DNA of 64,000 bases, from contig CAYVXD010000006.1 in NCBI GenBank assembly GCA_964454265.1, forward strand, positions 140 through 64,139, in the 5' to 3' direction. Below, piece by piece: positions 8,862-18,569 of the stretch. The notes beneath the pieces are model-generated. The model searched no databases. It was not told the DNA's origin and was given only the letters and a program-made list of their open reading frames with translations. The DNA is from an uncultured Candidatus Sumerlaeota bacterium (GTDB lineage: Bacteria; Sumerlaeota; Sumerlaeia; MWCT01; JAUWMI01). The translations under genes were made by a program, and so were the position numbers. The first letter of the stretch is position 1. Each line of letters opens with the position of its first letter.

Positions 8862-10564
8862 CGTTCTACGGATGCAGACACGATGGCAATGCGCCGGATC
8901 AGAATGCCGAGCGTTCGCCGGTCGTTTGATCCAAGCAGCGTTGCAGGGGACCAGCCGGCATTGAGCCGAACGGTAAATAATACCACTTGGTTCGGTAACG
9001 TTTCTGGAAGGGTAAAGGTGAGTGTGTGCCATTCGGCGTCTGTCAGCCGGAACATTCCTACCTGCTGACCTTCCGCATAGATAGTCCCCTCCATCGGAGA
9101 TGTGGCAATATCCGGCTTGCCACAGCTAGCCTCAAGGAAAAGCTGATTTCCTGTTACACGGATGAAAAAGGCGAATTCTTCGTCAGTCCAACGCATGTGC
9201 TCAGGGTCGAATCCTTCGGGCTCATACCATCCCTTGCACAAGAACTTCTGGCTGTCGAGACCCATGGTGAGCTGCCCGGTTGCATCGTGGAATATCTGAT
9301 GAATCATTTCTCTGGCTCTGGTGGGGTCGCCTGGTGTGAGGTCAAAGGACAACTCGGGGTAGAGTTTCGCCGCGCCTACGAACTCGAACTCGCTGGATGG
9401 AACCACGGTAAACAGGAGAATCTTATCGGCCCAATCGTAACACTCGAATAGATGGACATCCAGGGTATGTACCGCAGCGGTCAGCGTGTATTCGCCAGGG
9501 CCGATATTGGCCGCAAAAGTGAAGCTCAGACTCAGGGTATCGCCCCTGTTGTAAGTTCCCAGCCGCTGATTCATTTTATAAGAATTTGTACCGAAGATTT
9601 CATTGCCCAGGCGGTCTTTGATCAGGAGTCCGATTGTGGGATTCTCCACCCGGTCGAGGAAGAAGACGTTGAGCCGTACTCTAACGCGCTGTCCGGTGAT
9701 CAGCGTGGTAACGGTCTGGCCTTTGTCGTTGAGAATAGCAACATCGGTGATAACTGCAAGGAAATTACCGGAATGCTGGACAGCGAAGGACTGGGTAGGC
9801 GCAGCTATGCGCTCGATGGTGAAACCCGTCTGCTTAGGGCTCTTGCTGGCAATGAGTGCATTATAGTAGTCGAGGACGTCGTCAGGTTTGCCGCGTACGA
9901 GCAGATGGCCTTCGTCAAGCAGTATTGCCTCTTCGCAAAGGGTTTTTACAGTACCAGGGTCATGCGAGACGAAGAGTATGGTGACGCCCTGTTCGCGGAA
10001 TTGCCTGAGGCGGCGGATGCATTTCTGCTGAAAGTAGGCGTCGCCTACGGCAAGGGCTTCGTCAATAATTAAGACTTGTGGGTCCAGGCTGGTGGCCACC
10101 GCGAAGCCAAGCCGCACATACATTCCAGAGGAATATGTTCTGAGCGGCTGATCAATGAAGTCGCCGAGCTCGGAGAAGCGAATGATGTCGGGCATTTTTG
10201 CCTCGAGTTCATCACCCGTGAGACCAAGCAATCGGCCATTGAGCATCACGTTCTGGCGCCCGGTGAACTCCGGGTGAAATCCCATGCCCAGCTCCAGCAG
10301 TGCAGCCACCTTGCCCTCCACACGGAAGTTGCCGGAGCTTGGCTTGGTCGTGCCGGCAAGAATCTTAAGCAGTGTAGATTTCCCTGCACCATTAACGCCA
10401 ATAATGCCGACCGCACTGCCGCTTCTGATGTGAAATGTTACATCGCGAAGAGCCCAGAAATCGCGATGAAAGCTCGTGGACGTGGGAATCAGCCACTCCT
10501 TTACGCGATCAAGTGGCCGTGCGTAGATTTTGTATTTCTTCGAGAGGGCCTGAACGTCAATCAT
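8858..10564 (-). CDS. wzt: Polysaccharide-export ABC transporter ATP-binding protein (Wzt/TagH type) with two C-terminal extra domains
   Basis: Walker A is GVNGAGKST, the signature is YSSGMYVRL and Walker B is LIIDEALAVGD. About 320 extra residues follow the nucleotide-binding domain. They comprise a Wzt_C-like region and a terminal GWYEPE...MRWT module. Confidence 0.9.
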   Translation of the reverse strand: MIDVQALSKKYKIYARPLDRVKEWLIPTSTSFHRDFWALRDVTFHIRSGSAVGIIGVNGAGKSTLLKILAGTTKPSSGNFRVEGKVAALLELGMGFHPEFTGRQNVMLNGRLLGLTGDELEAKMPDIIRFSELGDFIDQPLRTYSSGMYVRLGFAVATSLDPQVLIIDEALAVGDAYFQQKCIRRLRQFREQGVTILFVSHDPGTVKTLCEEAILLDEGHLLVRGKPDDVLDYYNALIASKSPKQTGFTIERIAAPTQSFAVQHSGNFLAVITDVAILNDKGQTVTTLITGQRVRVRLNVFFLDRVENPTIGLLIKDRLGNEIFGTNSYKMNQRLGTYNRGDTLSLSFTFAANIGPGEYTLTAAVHTLDVHLFECYDWADKILLFTVVPSSEFEFVGAAKLYPELSFDLTPGDPTRAREMIHQIFHDATGQLTMGLDSQKFLCKGWYEPEGFDPEHMRWTDEEFAFFIRVTGNQLFLEASCGKPDIATSPMEGTIYAEGQQVGMFRLTDAEWHTLTFTLPETLPNQVVLFTVRLNAGWSPATLLGSNDRRTLGILIRRIAIVSASVER

Positions 10565-10577
10565 CTTTAGGCCTCAC

Positions 10578-11393
10578 CTAAATTTCGTCAGGGATGTCGT
10601 CACTCAATTTGCGAAAAATAAGATAGCCAAGCGCCAGGGCAAGAATCGTCAAAATGCTGATTGCTACGAGGCGCGTCCATCGTGGGAATGTGTTGTAGTA
10701 AAAGATACTCTGGTAGATACCAATGAAGTGATACATTGGGTTGAACTTTAATAGGAACTGAAGCGGTGCGGGTACAATCTCTTTCCAATATACAATCGGA
10801 GTAAACCAGAACCAGAGTTGTACTGCGATATTGACCAGTTGCCCAACGTCGCGGAACACGACATTGAGCGCGGAAAAGGCCAGGCCAAGGCCGAATGCAA
10901 AAAGCTGCTGGCAGATTATCACGCCGAAAAAGAGTAACATCAAGCCAATGGGGATGTGCATCGAATAGCTTGGCAGGAGGTTGACGATTGCGAGAAAGAC
11001 GATGAAGAAGCTGAACGCAATGGCAAAGTTAATTGTGCTGGTAATCAGTGCCGAGACGTTGAGAATTTCCTTGGGAAACGAAACTTTCTTGATCAAATTT
11101 GTATTTTCAAGAAAGATGTTTGTAGAGCGAAGCAAGGTCTCAGCAAACATGGTCCAGGGAATTATGCCGGCGCACAGATAGATACTGTAGCTGAATTCGC
11201 GCAGGATGCCGCCGCTGTCTGGGAGTTTTGCCCGCATCACGAGCGAGAAGATCAGCGCATAGATGGCAACCATCACCAGCGGGTTGATGACGTTCCAGAA
11301 TATGCCAACGACAGAGCCGGCGAACCGTGCGCGAAAATCCTTTTTGACAAAGTCGAAAATAAGAGGTAAATTTTGAGTGCAACTTTGCAGCAT
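10578..11393 (-). CDS. wzm: ABC-2 type polysaccharide-export permease (Wzm/TagG type)
   Basis: 271 aa polytopic membrane protein. The N-terminal FDFVKKDFRARFAGSVVGIFWNVINPL is typical of ABC-2 permeases. It lies directly upstream of wzt. Confidence 0.85.
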   Translation of the reverse strand: MLQSCTQNLPLIFDFVKKDFRARFAGSVVGIFWNVINPLVMVAIYALIFSLVMRAKLPDSGGILREFSYSIYLCAGIIPWTMFAETLLRSTNIFLENTNLIKKVSFPKEILNVSALITSTINFAIAFSFFIVFLAIVNLLPSYSMHIPIGLMLLFFGVIICQQLFAFGLGLAFSALNVVFRDVGQLVNIAVQLWFWFTPIVYWKEIVPAPLQFLLKFNPMYHFIGIYQSIFYYNTFPRWTRLVAISILTILALALGYLIFRKLSDDIPDEI

Positions 11394-11602
11394 CGTGTGT
11401 GAATCGTATCAAAATGTAAGAGTAGAAGCAGCTGTTGCGCTTGGCACCAGTCTTACTCCCTTTGTTCTGTTTAGTAGATAACGTAGGGCGGAAATCCTTG
11501 TCAACTGCAATAGTTGATTGCTCATAGAAGATTGATTGAAGAACAAGGGGGCCATGCGTGATTGGTAAACGTGTATTGTGATACGCAATTGAACCGCCGC
11601 AA

Positions 11603-11622
11603 GGACAGATTATAATCTGTCC
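11603..11622. repeat. 20-bp perfect palindrome ggacagattataatctgtcc followed by ctac (partial member of the gtaggg...ccctac family)
   Basis: Read directly in the divergent wzm/korA intergenic region. Confidence 0.8.
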
Positions 11623-11815
11623 CTACGTTTCTCTGCAACAAAGTGAAAAATCCGGCGGTTTTAGTTGCTATGGGGGCTTGACATTACGGCTGCGGATGGA
11701 CTAAAAAGAGAATCAAGAGCATCGTGTGCATCTCAGGCAATTTGCCGGGCTGGATGAGGTAGAGATGTCCTATTCAAAGAGCTGACCATTTGTTTACTTG
11801 CAAGGAGCAAAAACC

Positions 11816-13555
11816 ATGGAGAAAAATGGTTTAGTATGGAGTATTGGAGGCGAGGCAGGGGATGGTATTCTATCGGCGGGTGAAGCATTTGCCCGTGCAT
11901 GCTCGCGAGGTGGGTTTCACGTGTTCACGGAAACGGATCTGCCGTCTATTGTGCGAGGAGGTCACAATGCGATGCAGGTTCGTGTGGATACAGAGGAAAT
12001 TTTTGCCCATGCGCATGAAATAGATCTGCTGGCAGCGCTGAACAAGGATACTATGCTTCAGCACGTTAATCAGCTGAAGCCTGAAGGGGGCATTATCTAT
12101 GATGGAGATAAGATTACGCTTGAGCAGGGCGATCTTGGGCGTGAGGATGTGCGGCTCTTTCCCGTACCTCTGGCTGGGATTGTAAAGCAACTGGAGGGCA
12201 AACCGATTCTGCGAAACGTCGTGGCAGTTGGTGCCTCGCTCGGACTGATGGATTATGATCTCTCGCTTCTTGACGATCTGTTGGCCATGAGTTTTCGCAA
12301 GAAGGGCGAGGCCGTCGTCAAGCAGAATATTGATGCTGCCAGGCAAGGATATGACTACGCGAAGACCACGTATAGCGATAGATTTCCCTTGAAGCTGCGG
12401 AAGAGTACGGCTGAGGCGCGGATGTTGATTTCAGGGAGTGCGGCCGTCTGCCTGGGAGCGCTCAGGGCCGGCTGCAAATTCGTGGCAGGCTATCCCATGA
12501 CTCCATCCACGCCAATTTTGGAATATCTGGCCTCAAAGGAGCGCGACTATAGTCTGGTGGTAAAGCAGACAGAAGATGAGATAGCTGCGATCAACATGGT
12601 GATTGGCGCGAGTCTTGCCGGTGCCAGGGCCATGACATGCACGTCAGGTGGAGGGTTCTCGCTGATGGTTGAAGGCCTGGGTCTTGCAGCGATGACAGAG
12701 GTGCCAGTTGTCATTATCGAAGGACAGCGCCCCGGCCCTAGTACAGGGATGCCGACACGCACGGAACAAAGCGATCTCAAGTTCGCATTGAGTGCTTCGC
12801 AGGGGGAATTTCCGCGGATTGTCATTGCACCGGGCGATGTGGAGGAATGCTTTTATCTGACTATGGAAGCCTTTAACCTGGCCGAGAAGTTCCAGTGCCA
12901 GGTTATTGTGCTGGTTGACAAATATCTGTTAACGAGTGCGCGCACGGTTGAGAAGCTTGACCCTGCGCGGGTAAAAATCGAGCGTGGCGAATTCTTGAGC
13001 GATGCACAACTGGCTGAGATGGATGAGTACATCCGCTATAGCGATACGCCAACCGGCGTCTCACCGCGATCCATCCCTGGCCAAAGAGACGGCATTTTCA
13101 CCGCAACCAGCGACGAGCATAATGAGCTTGGTCACATCTTCGAGGGGAAGGAGAATCGCACGAGGATAGTGGATAAGCGGTTTCGTAAGCTGGAAGCTGC
13201 GGCGCGTGTGATCCCTGCGCCGGAGCTGCGTGGTGAGCCCGAGGCGGATTTGACGTTCGTCGGCTGGGGCTCCGCCAAAGGGCCGATTCGTGAGGCGATG
13301 AAAATGTTTGCGCGCGATGGAGTTCGGGCGAACTTTCTCCAGCTCGTGTACCTGAGTCCGTTTCCCGCTAAGCGTGTGGGCGAGATTCTGTCGAAGGCCC
13401 GAAAGCTCATCCTGGTTGAGAATAATAAGACCGCACAATTGGGTGGTGTAATTCGGGAGCACACAGGTGTTTTGATTCCTGATCAGATTTTAAGATATGA
13501 TGGAAGACCATTTACGCCTGAAGCAATCCATCACAAGGTCATGGAGGTGTTATGA
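11816..13555 (+). CDS. korA: 2-oxoacid:ferredoxin oxidoreductase, alpha (fused gamma-alpha) subunit
   Basis: ORF from TTG at 11798. The ATG at 11816 lies 8 nt after AAGGAG. About 580 aa with a GYPMTPST motif. It is followed by the TPP-binding beta subunit with an ATGA overlap. Confidence 0.85.
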   Translation: MEKNGLVWSIGGEAGDGILSAGEAFARACSRGGFHVFTETDLPSIVRGGHNAMQVRVDTEEIFAHAHEIDLLAALNKDTMLQHVNQLKPEGGIIYDGDKITLEQGDLGREDVRLFPVPLAGIVKQLEGKPILRNVVAVGASLGLMDYDLSLLDDLLAMSFRKKGEAVVKQNIDAARQGYDYAKTTYSDRFPLKLRKSTAEARMLISGSAAVCLGALRAGCKFVAGYPMTPSTPILEYLASKERDYSLVVKQTEDEIAAINMVIGASLAGARAMTCTSGGGFSLMVEGLGLAAMTEVPVVIIEGQRPGPSTGMPTRTEQSDLKFALSASQGEFPRIVIAPGDVEECFYLTMEAFNLAEKFQCQVIVLVDKYLLTSARTVEKLDPARVKIERGEFLSDAQLAEMDEYIRYSDTPTGVSPRSIPGQRDGIFTATSDEHNELGHIFEGKENRTRIVDKRFRKLEAAARVIPAPELRGEPEADLTFVGWGSAKGPIREAMKMFARDGVRANFLQLVYLSPFPAKRVGEILSKARKLILVENNKTAQLGGVIREHTGVLIPDQILRYDGRPFTPEAIHHKVMEVL

Positions 13556-14415
13556 CAATGGTTACCGTTGCGGAATTGTCCACTGAAGAGAAACCGGAGT
13601 GGTGTCCGGGATGTGGAAACTTTATCATTTTGAAAGCCCTGAAGGAGGCCATTGTTAAGCAGGAGCTTGAACCGCATCGGATTCTTATTGTGTCCGGAAT
13701 TGGCCAGGCGGGGAAAACACCGCAATCGATGCGGACTTTTGGGTATCACGGGATTCATGGCCGAGCGCTACCAATTGCCACGGGCGCACGGCTGGCAAAT
13801 CACACGCTGAAGATTATTGTTATTGGTGGCGATGGCGATGGCTATGGAATCGGCATGGGCCACTTTATTCATGCGATGCGGCGCAATTTAGATCTCACAT
13901 ACCTCGTCCATAACAACCAGGTCTATGGGCTCACCAAGGGGCAAACTGCGCCAACAAGCATCAAGGGATTCAAAACAAAGTCAACGCCTACGGGCTCGAT
14001 TGAGGAGCCCGTAAATCCTATTGCCCTGGCGATTGCCGCAGGAGCAACATTCATTGCGCGTGCCTATTACAAACACACAGACGATCTCACACAGCTCATA
14101 ATAGATGGCATGCAGCATAAGGGCTTTGCCCTGATTGACATCGTCCAATATTGCATCACCTTCAACAGGGTGAACACGCCGACGTGGTACGACCAGCGCG
14201 TCTATAAGCTAGCCGATGAGCAGCACGACCCAACGAACAAAATTCGTGCTTTCGAGAAGGCTCTGGAATTCGGCGAACGGATTCCCCTGGGCCTGTTTTA
14301 TCGCGAAAGCCGCAGCACGTATGAAGACGAGCTGCCACAGATCAAAGATATCCCGCTGGTGCATCAGCCGATTGATGACGTGAATATTGACGCACTGATC
14401 GAAAGTTTTTTCTAA
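13552..14415 (+). CDS. korB: 2-oxoacid:ferredoxin oxidoreductase, beta (TPP-binding) subunit
   Basis: Carries WCPGCGNF and the GGDGDGYGIG TPP motif. 287 aa. Confidence 0.9.
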   Translation: MTMVTVAELSTEEKPEWCPGCGNFIILKALKEAIVKQELEPHRILIVSGIGQAGKTPQSMRTFGYHGIHGRALPIATGARLANHTLKIIVIGGDGDGYGIGMGHFIHAMRRNLDLTYLVHNNQVYGLTKGQTAPTSIKGFKTKSTPTGSIEEPVNPIALAIAAGATFIARAYYKHTDDLTQLIIDGMQHKGFALIDIVQYCITFNRVNTPTWYDQRVYKLADEQHDPTNKIRAFEKALEFGERIPLGLFYRESRSTYEDELPQIKDIPLVHQPIDDVNIDALIESFF

Positions 14416-14468
14416 GCAATCAGAAATGGCGAAAGCCCTGGTAATGAAGAAAGGGGAAACGTGAGCAA

Positions 14469-15872
14469 ATGTCACCTCGTATTGAACGAGATGCACTGGG
14501 AGAAAAGGAAATTCCAGACGATGCGTACTACGGCGTGCAGACGCAGCGTGCTGTCGAGAACTTTCCAATCAGCGGTCGCATGGCGCATCCGGAGCTGATC
14601 ACCGCTACGGTGCAGATCAAGAAGGCTGCCGCGCAGGTGCACGTTGCGCTCGGCCTGCTCTCGCATGATAAAGGCAGTGCCATTATCCAGGCGGCTGATG
14701 AGATTCTGGCCGGGCAATTCCGCGATCAGTTCGTCGTGGACGTCTTCCAGGCCGGAGCCGGTACGTCGCACAATATGAATACGAACGAGGTGATTGCGAA
14801 TCGCGCAATTGAAATTCTGGGCAGTCAAAAAGGCAACTATTCGATCGTCCATCCGAATGATGACGTGAATAAATCGCAATCAACGAATGACGTTATGCCC
14901 ACGGCGATGCGCCTGGCTTCGCTGGCACTTCTTGCCGAGCTGGTGGTAGTGATTGGAGCACTCAGGGAGGCGCTTGAGAAGAAAGCCGAGGAGTTTCAGC
15001 GTATTCTGAAATCCGGACGTACGCACCTTCAAGATGCCACGCCGATTCGCTTGGGTCAGGAGTTTTTGGGTTACGCACGATGCATCGAAAAGCATATAGG
15101 ATCACTGGAGGCCGCCCGACCACAGCTTGAAGAGCTGGGGATTGGCGGATCAGCGGTCGGAACAGGACTGAATGTACATCCGGAGTACCGCACGCGAATA
15201 GTTGAGGCATTACGGGGGGAAACAGGATTTGCGCTTCGCTGCACGGAAAATTACTTTGAGGCGATGCAGAGCATGGCACCGTTTACCGCGCTTTCAGGTG
15301 CCTTGCGTAATCTGGCGGTGGATCTCTGCCGCATTGCGAACGACCTGAGGCTGCTAAGTTCCGGCCCGCGCGTCGGGTTGGCCGAGATTCAGCTGCCAGC
15401 CGTGCAGCCGGGGTCTTCCATGATGCCAGGTAAGGTGAACCCGGTCATGGCGGAAATGCTCAATATGGTCTGCTTCCAGGTGATCGGGAACGATAGTGCG
15501 ATTGCCTGCGCAGCGCAGGCTGGCCAGTTGGAGCTGAATGTGATGATGCCAGGAATTGCCGCAGCCCTGCTGGAGTCGCTTACAATTCTCCGTAACGCAG
15601 TGGACGCGTTTACCGAGCGCTGCGTGAAGGGGATTCAGGCGAATGAAGCGCAATGCCGTGCCTATGCAGAGCGCAGCATTGCGATCGTCACAGCGCTGAG
15701 CACGCATCTGGGCTATGGGCAGGCAGCAGAAGTAGCTAAACAGGCACTGGCCAGCGGGAAAAAAATCCGCGAAGTGGTACTGGAGAAAGGTTTGATGCCG
15801 GAGGCGCAGCTCGACGAGATTCTACGCCTGGATGCCATGACCGACCCCGGCATTCCTGGATACAACGTGTAG
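14469..15872 (+). CDS. aspA: Aspartate ammonia-lyase / class II fumarase family lyase (aspartase-like)
   Basis: Signature GSSMMPGKVNPVMAEMLNMVCFQVIGND plus QSTNDV. The N-terminus RIERDALGEKEIPDDAYYGVQTQRAVENF resembles AspA more than FumC. Confidence 0.75.
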   Translation: MSPRIERDALGEKEIPDDAYYGVQTQRAVENFPISGRMAHPELITATVQIKKAAAQVHVALGLLSHDKGSAIIQAADEILAGQFRDQFVVDVFQAGAGTSHNMNTNEVIANRAIEILGSQKGNYSIVHPNDDVNKSQSTNDVMPTAMRLASLALLAELVVVIGALREALEKKAEEFQRILKSGRTHLQDATPIRLGQEFLGYARCIEKHIGSLEAARPQLEELGIGGSAVGTGLNVHPEYRTRIVEALRGETGFALRCTENYFEAMQSMAPFTALSGALRNLAVDLCRIANDLRLLSSGPRVGLAEIQLPAVQPGSSMMPGKVNPVMAEMLNMVCFQVIGNDSAIACAAQAGQLELNVMMPGIAAALLESLTILRNAVDAFTERCVKGIQANEAQCRAYAERSIAIVTALSTHLGYGQAAEVAKQALASGKKIREVVLEKGLMPEAQLDEILRLDAMTDPGIPGYNV

Positions 15873-15875
15873 CAC

Positions 15876-15903
15876 GTAGGGGCGTATTGCAATACGCCCC
15901 TAC
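15876..15903. repeat. 28-bp perfect palindrome gtaggggcgtattgcaatacgcccctac
   Basis: Read directly, between the aspA stop (15872) and the cysK start (15936). Confidence 0.9.
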
Positions 15904-15935
15904 AAAACTCCCTTTTGGCGGTAAGGAGGAAGGCA

Positions 15936-16886
15936 ATGGGGAAAATTTTTGATGACATCACCAAGACCATCGGGAACACGCCACTGGTTCGACTGAATCG
16001 AGTAGCGCGAGGGCTGAACGCCACAATTCTGGCCAAGCTCGAGTTCTTTAACCCCCTCGGAAGCGTCAAGGATCGCATTGGGGTAAGCATGATCGAGGCA
16101 GCAGAAGCCTCAGGCCAAATCACCCCTGACACTGTTCTCATTGAGCCGACCAGCGGCAACACGGGCATTGCCCTGGCATTTGTGGCTGCGGCAAGAGGTT
16201 ACCGCCTCATCCTGACCATGCCGGAGACCATGAGTACTGAGCGACGCCTGTTGCTTCGTATGATGGGGGCCGAGCTGGTGTTGACACCCGGGACTGAGGG
16301 TATGCCCGGCGCGATTCGCAAAGCGGAAGAACTTCAGGGCCAGATTCCGCACGCCATTATTCCCCAGCAGTTCCAGAATCCTGCGAACCCGGAAATTCAT
16401 CGCCAGACTACGGCTGAAGAAATCTGGAATGATACGGACGGGAAGGTAGACATCCTGGTGTGTGGTGTGGGTACGGGAGGCACGCTTACAGGAGTGGCCG
16501 AGGTCATTAAAAAACGCAAGCCTTCATTCCGCGCAATTGCCGTGGAGCCGAAAGATTCACCGGTGCTTGCTGGTGGTACGCCGGGGCCGCATAAGATTCA
16601 AGGCATTGGCGCCGGGTTTGTTCCCGAAGTGCTGAATATGAAGATTATTGATGAAATCATCCAGGTCACCAACGGGGATGCTTTTATGATGACGCGACGA
16701 TTGGCGAAGGAGGAAGGTATTCTGTGCGGCATCTCCTCAGGGGCGGCTACGTGGGCAGCGCTGGAAGTGGCAAAGCGGCCTGAGAGCGCAGGGAATCTGA
16801 TTGTAACGATAATCCCGGATACTGGTGAACGGTACCTGACTACGGCGCTGGCCGACGAAGCGCGCGCAGCAGAACAAAAAGCGTAA
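15936..16886 (+). CDS. cysK: Cysteine synthase A (O-acetylserine sulfhydrylase)
   Basis: The ATG at 15936 follows GGAGGAAGG. Motifs are [15 protein letters not shown] (PLP lysine) and GVGTGGT. Confidence 0.9.
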   Translation: MGKIFDDITKTIGNTPLVRLNRVARGLNATILAKLEFFNPLGSVKDRIGVSMIEAAEASGQITPDTVLIEPTSGNTGIALAFVAAARGYRLILTMPETMSTERRLLLRMMGAELVLTPGTEGMPGAIRKAEELQGQIPHAIIPQQFQNPANPEIHRQTTAEEIWNDTDGKVDILVCGVGTGGTLTGVAEVIKKRKPSFRAIAVEPKDSPVLAGGTPGPHKIQGIGAGFVPEVLNMKIIDEIIQVTNGDAFMMTRRLAKEEGILCGISSGAATWAALEVAKRPESAGNLIVTIIPDTGERYLTTALADEARAAEQKA

Positions 16887-16939
16887 ATCGCGGCAAAGCC
16901 TGTGGCTTTATCTTCCAGCCAGAAGGTGAAGGACAGACC

Positions 16940-17827
16940 ATGAGGCTATTCATCACAGGAGGCACCGGATTTGTCGGTCGCTCGGTTGTCAGGCGCGCCC
17001 TTGCAGAAGGCCACGAAGTAGGCTGTCTGGTGCGCAACCGCGAGCGATCAAAGTATCTCGAGCCGCAGGGGATACAGTGTATTGAAGGTGACATTCTGGA
17101 TGCAGGGTCGCTCATTCCGGCCATGCGGGGATGTGATGCAGTCGTCCATCTCGTTGGGATCATTGCTGAAGTCGGGAAAGCAACGTTTGAAGCGGTCCAT
17201 TATCAGGGAACTGTGAATGTTGTTAAGGCCGCGCAGCAGGCGGGAATCCAACGTTACGTGCACATGAGCGCTTTGGGGAGCCGGCCGAATGCCCCGAGTT
17301 GCTATCATCAGACAAAATGGCGCGCAGAAGAGCACGTGCGGGCGAGCGGATTGGAGTATACAATTTTTCGTCCTTCAATTATTTTCGGCAAGGACGATCA
17401 GTTTGTGAACATGCTGATCCGACTTATTCGGCTGTCTCCTATTATACCCATTATTGGCGCTGGCACTGCGAGGCTGCAGCCGATCTGGGTCGAGGATGTG
17501 GCTGCATGTTTCGTTCAGGCGTTGCAGAATGAGAGGACAGCCGGCAAAGTCTTTGAGCTGGGAGGCCCGGAGCCGCTTACCTTTGAAGGGCTGATTGATC
17601 TCCTTATTCAACGCATGAGGAAGAGCCGACTGAAGGTGCACATACCGGTATTTGTGATGGAGATTAACGCTGTGATTATGAAACTGATTCTACCACGGCC
17701 GCCATTGACGAGGGATATGCTTACGATGCTTCAAGAGGATCATACCTGCGATGTTACAGGCATTGAGCAGGAATTTGGCCAGCGGTTCGTGAGTATCGCA
17801 GAAGGTTTACGAGAATACTCACTCTAG
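16940..17827 (+). CDS. NAD(P)-binding SDR-family protein (NmrA/NDUFA9-like)
   Basis: Rossmann motif ITGGTGFVGRSVV and a Y-x3-K motif (YHQTK). 295 aa. Confidence 0.75.
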   Translation: MRLFITGGTGFVGRSVVRRALAEGHEVGCLVRNRERSKYLEPQGIQCIEGDILDAGSLIPAMRGCDAVVHLVGIIAEVGKATFEAVHYQGTVNVVKAAQQAGIQRYVHMSALGSRPNAPSCYHQTKWRAEEHVRASGLEYTIFRPSIIFGKDDQFVNMLIRLIRLSPIIPIIGAGTARLQPIWVEDVAACFVQALQNERTAGKVFELGGPEPLTFEGLIDLLIQRMRKSRLKVHIPVFVMEINAVIMKLILPRPPLTRDMLTMLQEDHTCDVTGIEQEFGQRFVSIAEGLREYSL

Positions 17828-17871
17828 GGGCAGGAAAAGCAGCTGGAAATCAATTTCATGCGCGTATTATA

Positions 17872-17893
17872 GCGACGTTCAGTTGAACGTCGC
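17872..17893. terminator. Hairpin gcgacgttca-gt-tgaacgtcgc between convergent genes
   Basis: 10-bp perfect arms. It lies between the SDR stop (17827) and the peroxiredoxin stop (18071). No clear U-tract. Confidence 0.4.
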
Positions 17894-18038
17894 CACTCGT
17901 TTCTCGCTGAACTCACACACCATGCAGTACTGTCAACAGGCTCTCTAAGGGCTTCTAGAAGAAAGACTTCCATGCCATTTTCTTATCTGTTTGCCTCGAT
18001 GGGCGGGACGTCCGTTCCACTATGATGGAATCTGGTGG

Positions 18039-18058
18039 CACGGGCATCCTTGCCCGTG
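18039..18058. repeat. Hairpin cacgggca-tcct-tgcccgtg
   Basis: 8-bp perfect stem, 13 nt beyond the peroxiredoxin stop codon. Confidence 0.6.
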
Positions 18059-18070
18059 ATTTTGCAGGCT

Positions 18071-18529
18071 CTATTTCAGTTTGGTTAGCACTTCGAGGAT
18101 TTCCTGATTATCGCGCGGCGTAGTGATTTCCTGCACCTTTACGTAGCGGACAATTCCTTGCTTGTCTACAATCACGGTGGCGCGCTTGGCGATGTTATTT
18201 TCCTCCAGATAAAGGCCGTATTTCTTACACACTTCGCGTTTAATGTCGCTGAGCAGGGTGTGCTTCAGCCCCAGTTTTTCCGCCCACGCCTTATGCGAGT
18301 ACGTGCTGTCAACACTGATAGCCAGCACTTTGGCACCTGCGGCCTCAAATCGGCTGAGATCCTGGGTAAAACATACGTTCTCGTTGGCACAGACCGGGCT
18401 CCAGTCGAGCGGGTAGAATGCTAGCATCACGTTTTTCTTGCCGCGAAAGCTGCTCATGGTCACTGGATTCTCATCCTGATCCGGCAGCGTAAAATCGGGT
18501 GCTTCAACACCGGGTTGAATTTCATTCAT
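18071..18529 (-). CDS. Peroxiredoxin (AhpC/TSA-redoxin family)
   Basis: 152 aa. FYPLDWSPVC contains the peroxidatic Cys context. PDFTLPD occurs near the N-terminus. Confidence 0.8.
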   Translation of the reverse strand: MNEIQPGVEAPDFTLPDQDENPVTMSSFRGKKNVMLAFYPLDWSPVCANENVCFTQDLSRFEAAGAKVLAISVDSTYSHKAWAEKLGLKHTLLSDIKREVCKKYGLYLEENNIAKRATVIVDKQGIVRYVKVQEITTPRDNQEILEVLTKLK

Positions 18530-18569
18530 TATTTTCTCCTTTTCATTGCGCGAAGCATCGTACGTCTTC

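Noticed and set aside
8720-9068. Small ORFs containing VGAIHELPL-type peptides (8720-8929, 8772-9032, 8847-9068)
   Set aside because: They are translations across the 28-bp palindrome and the 3-prime end of wzt, and they overlap a well-supported gene. Similar peptide artefacts arise at every palindrome copy.
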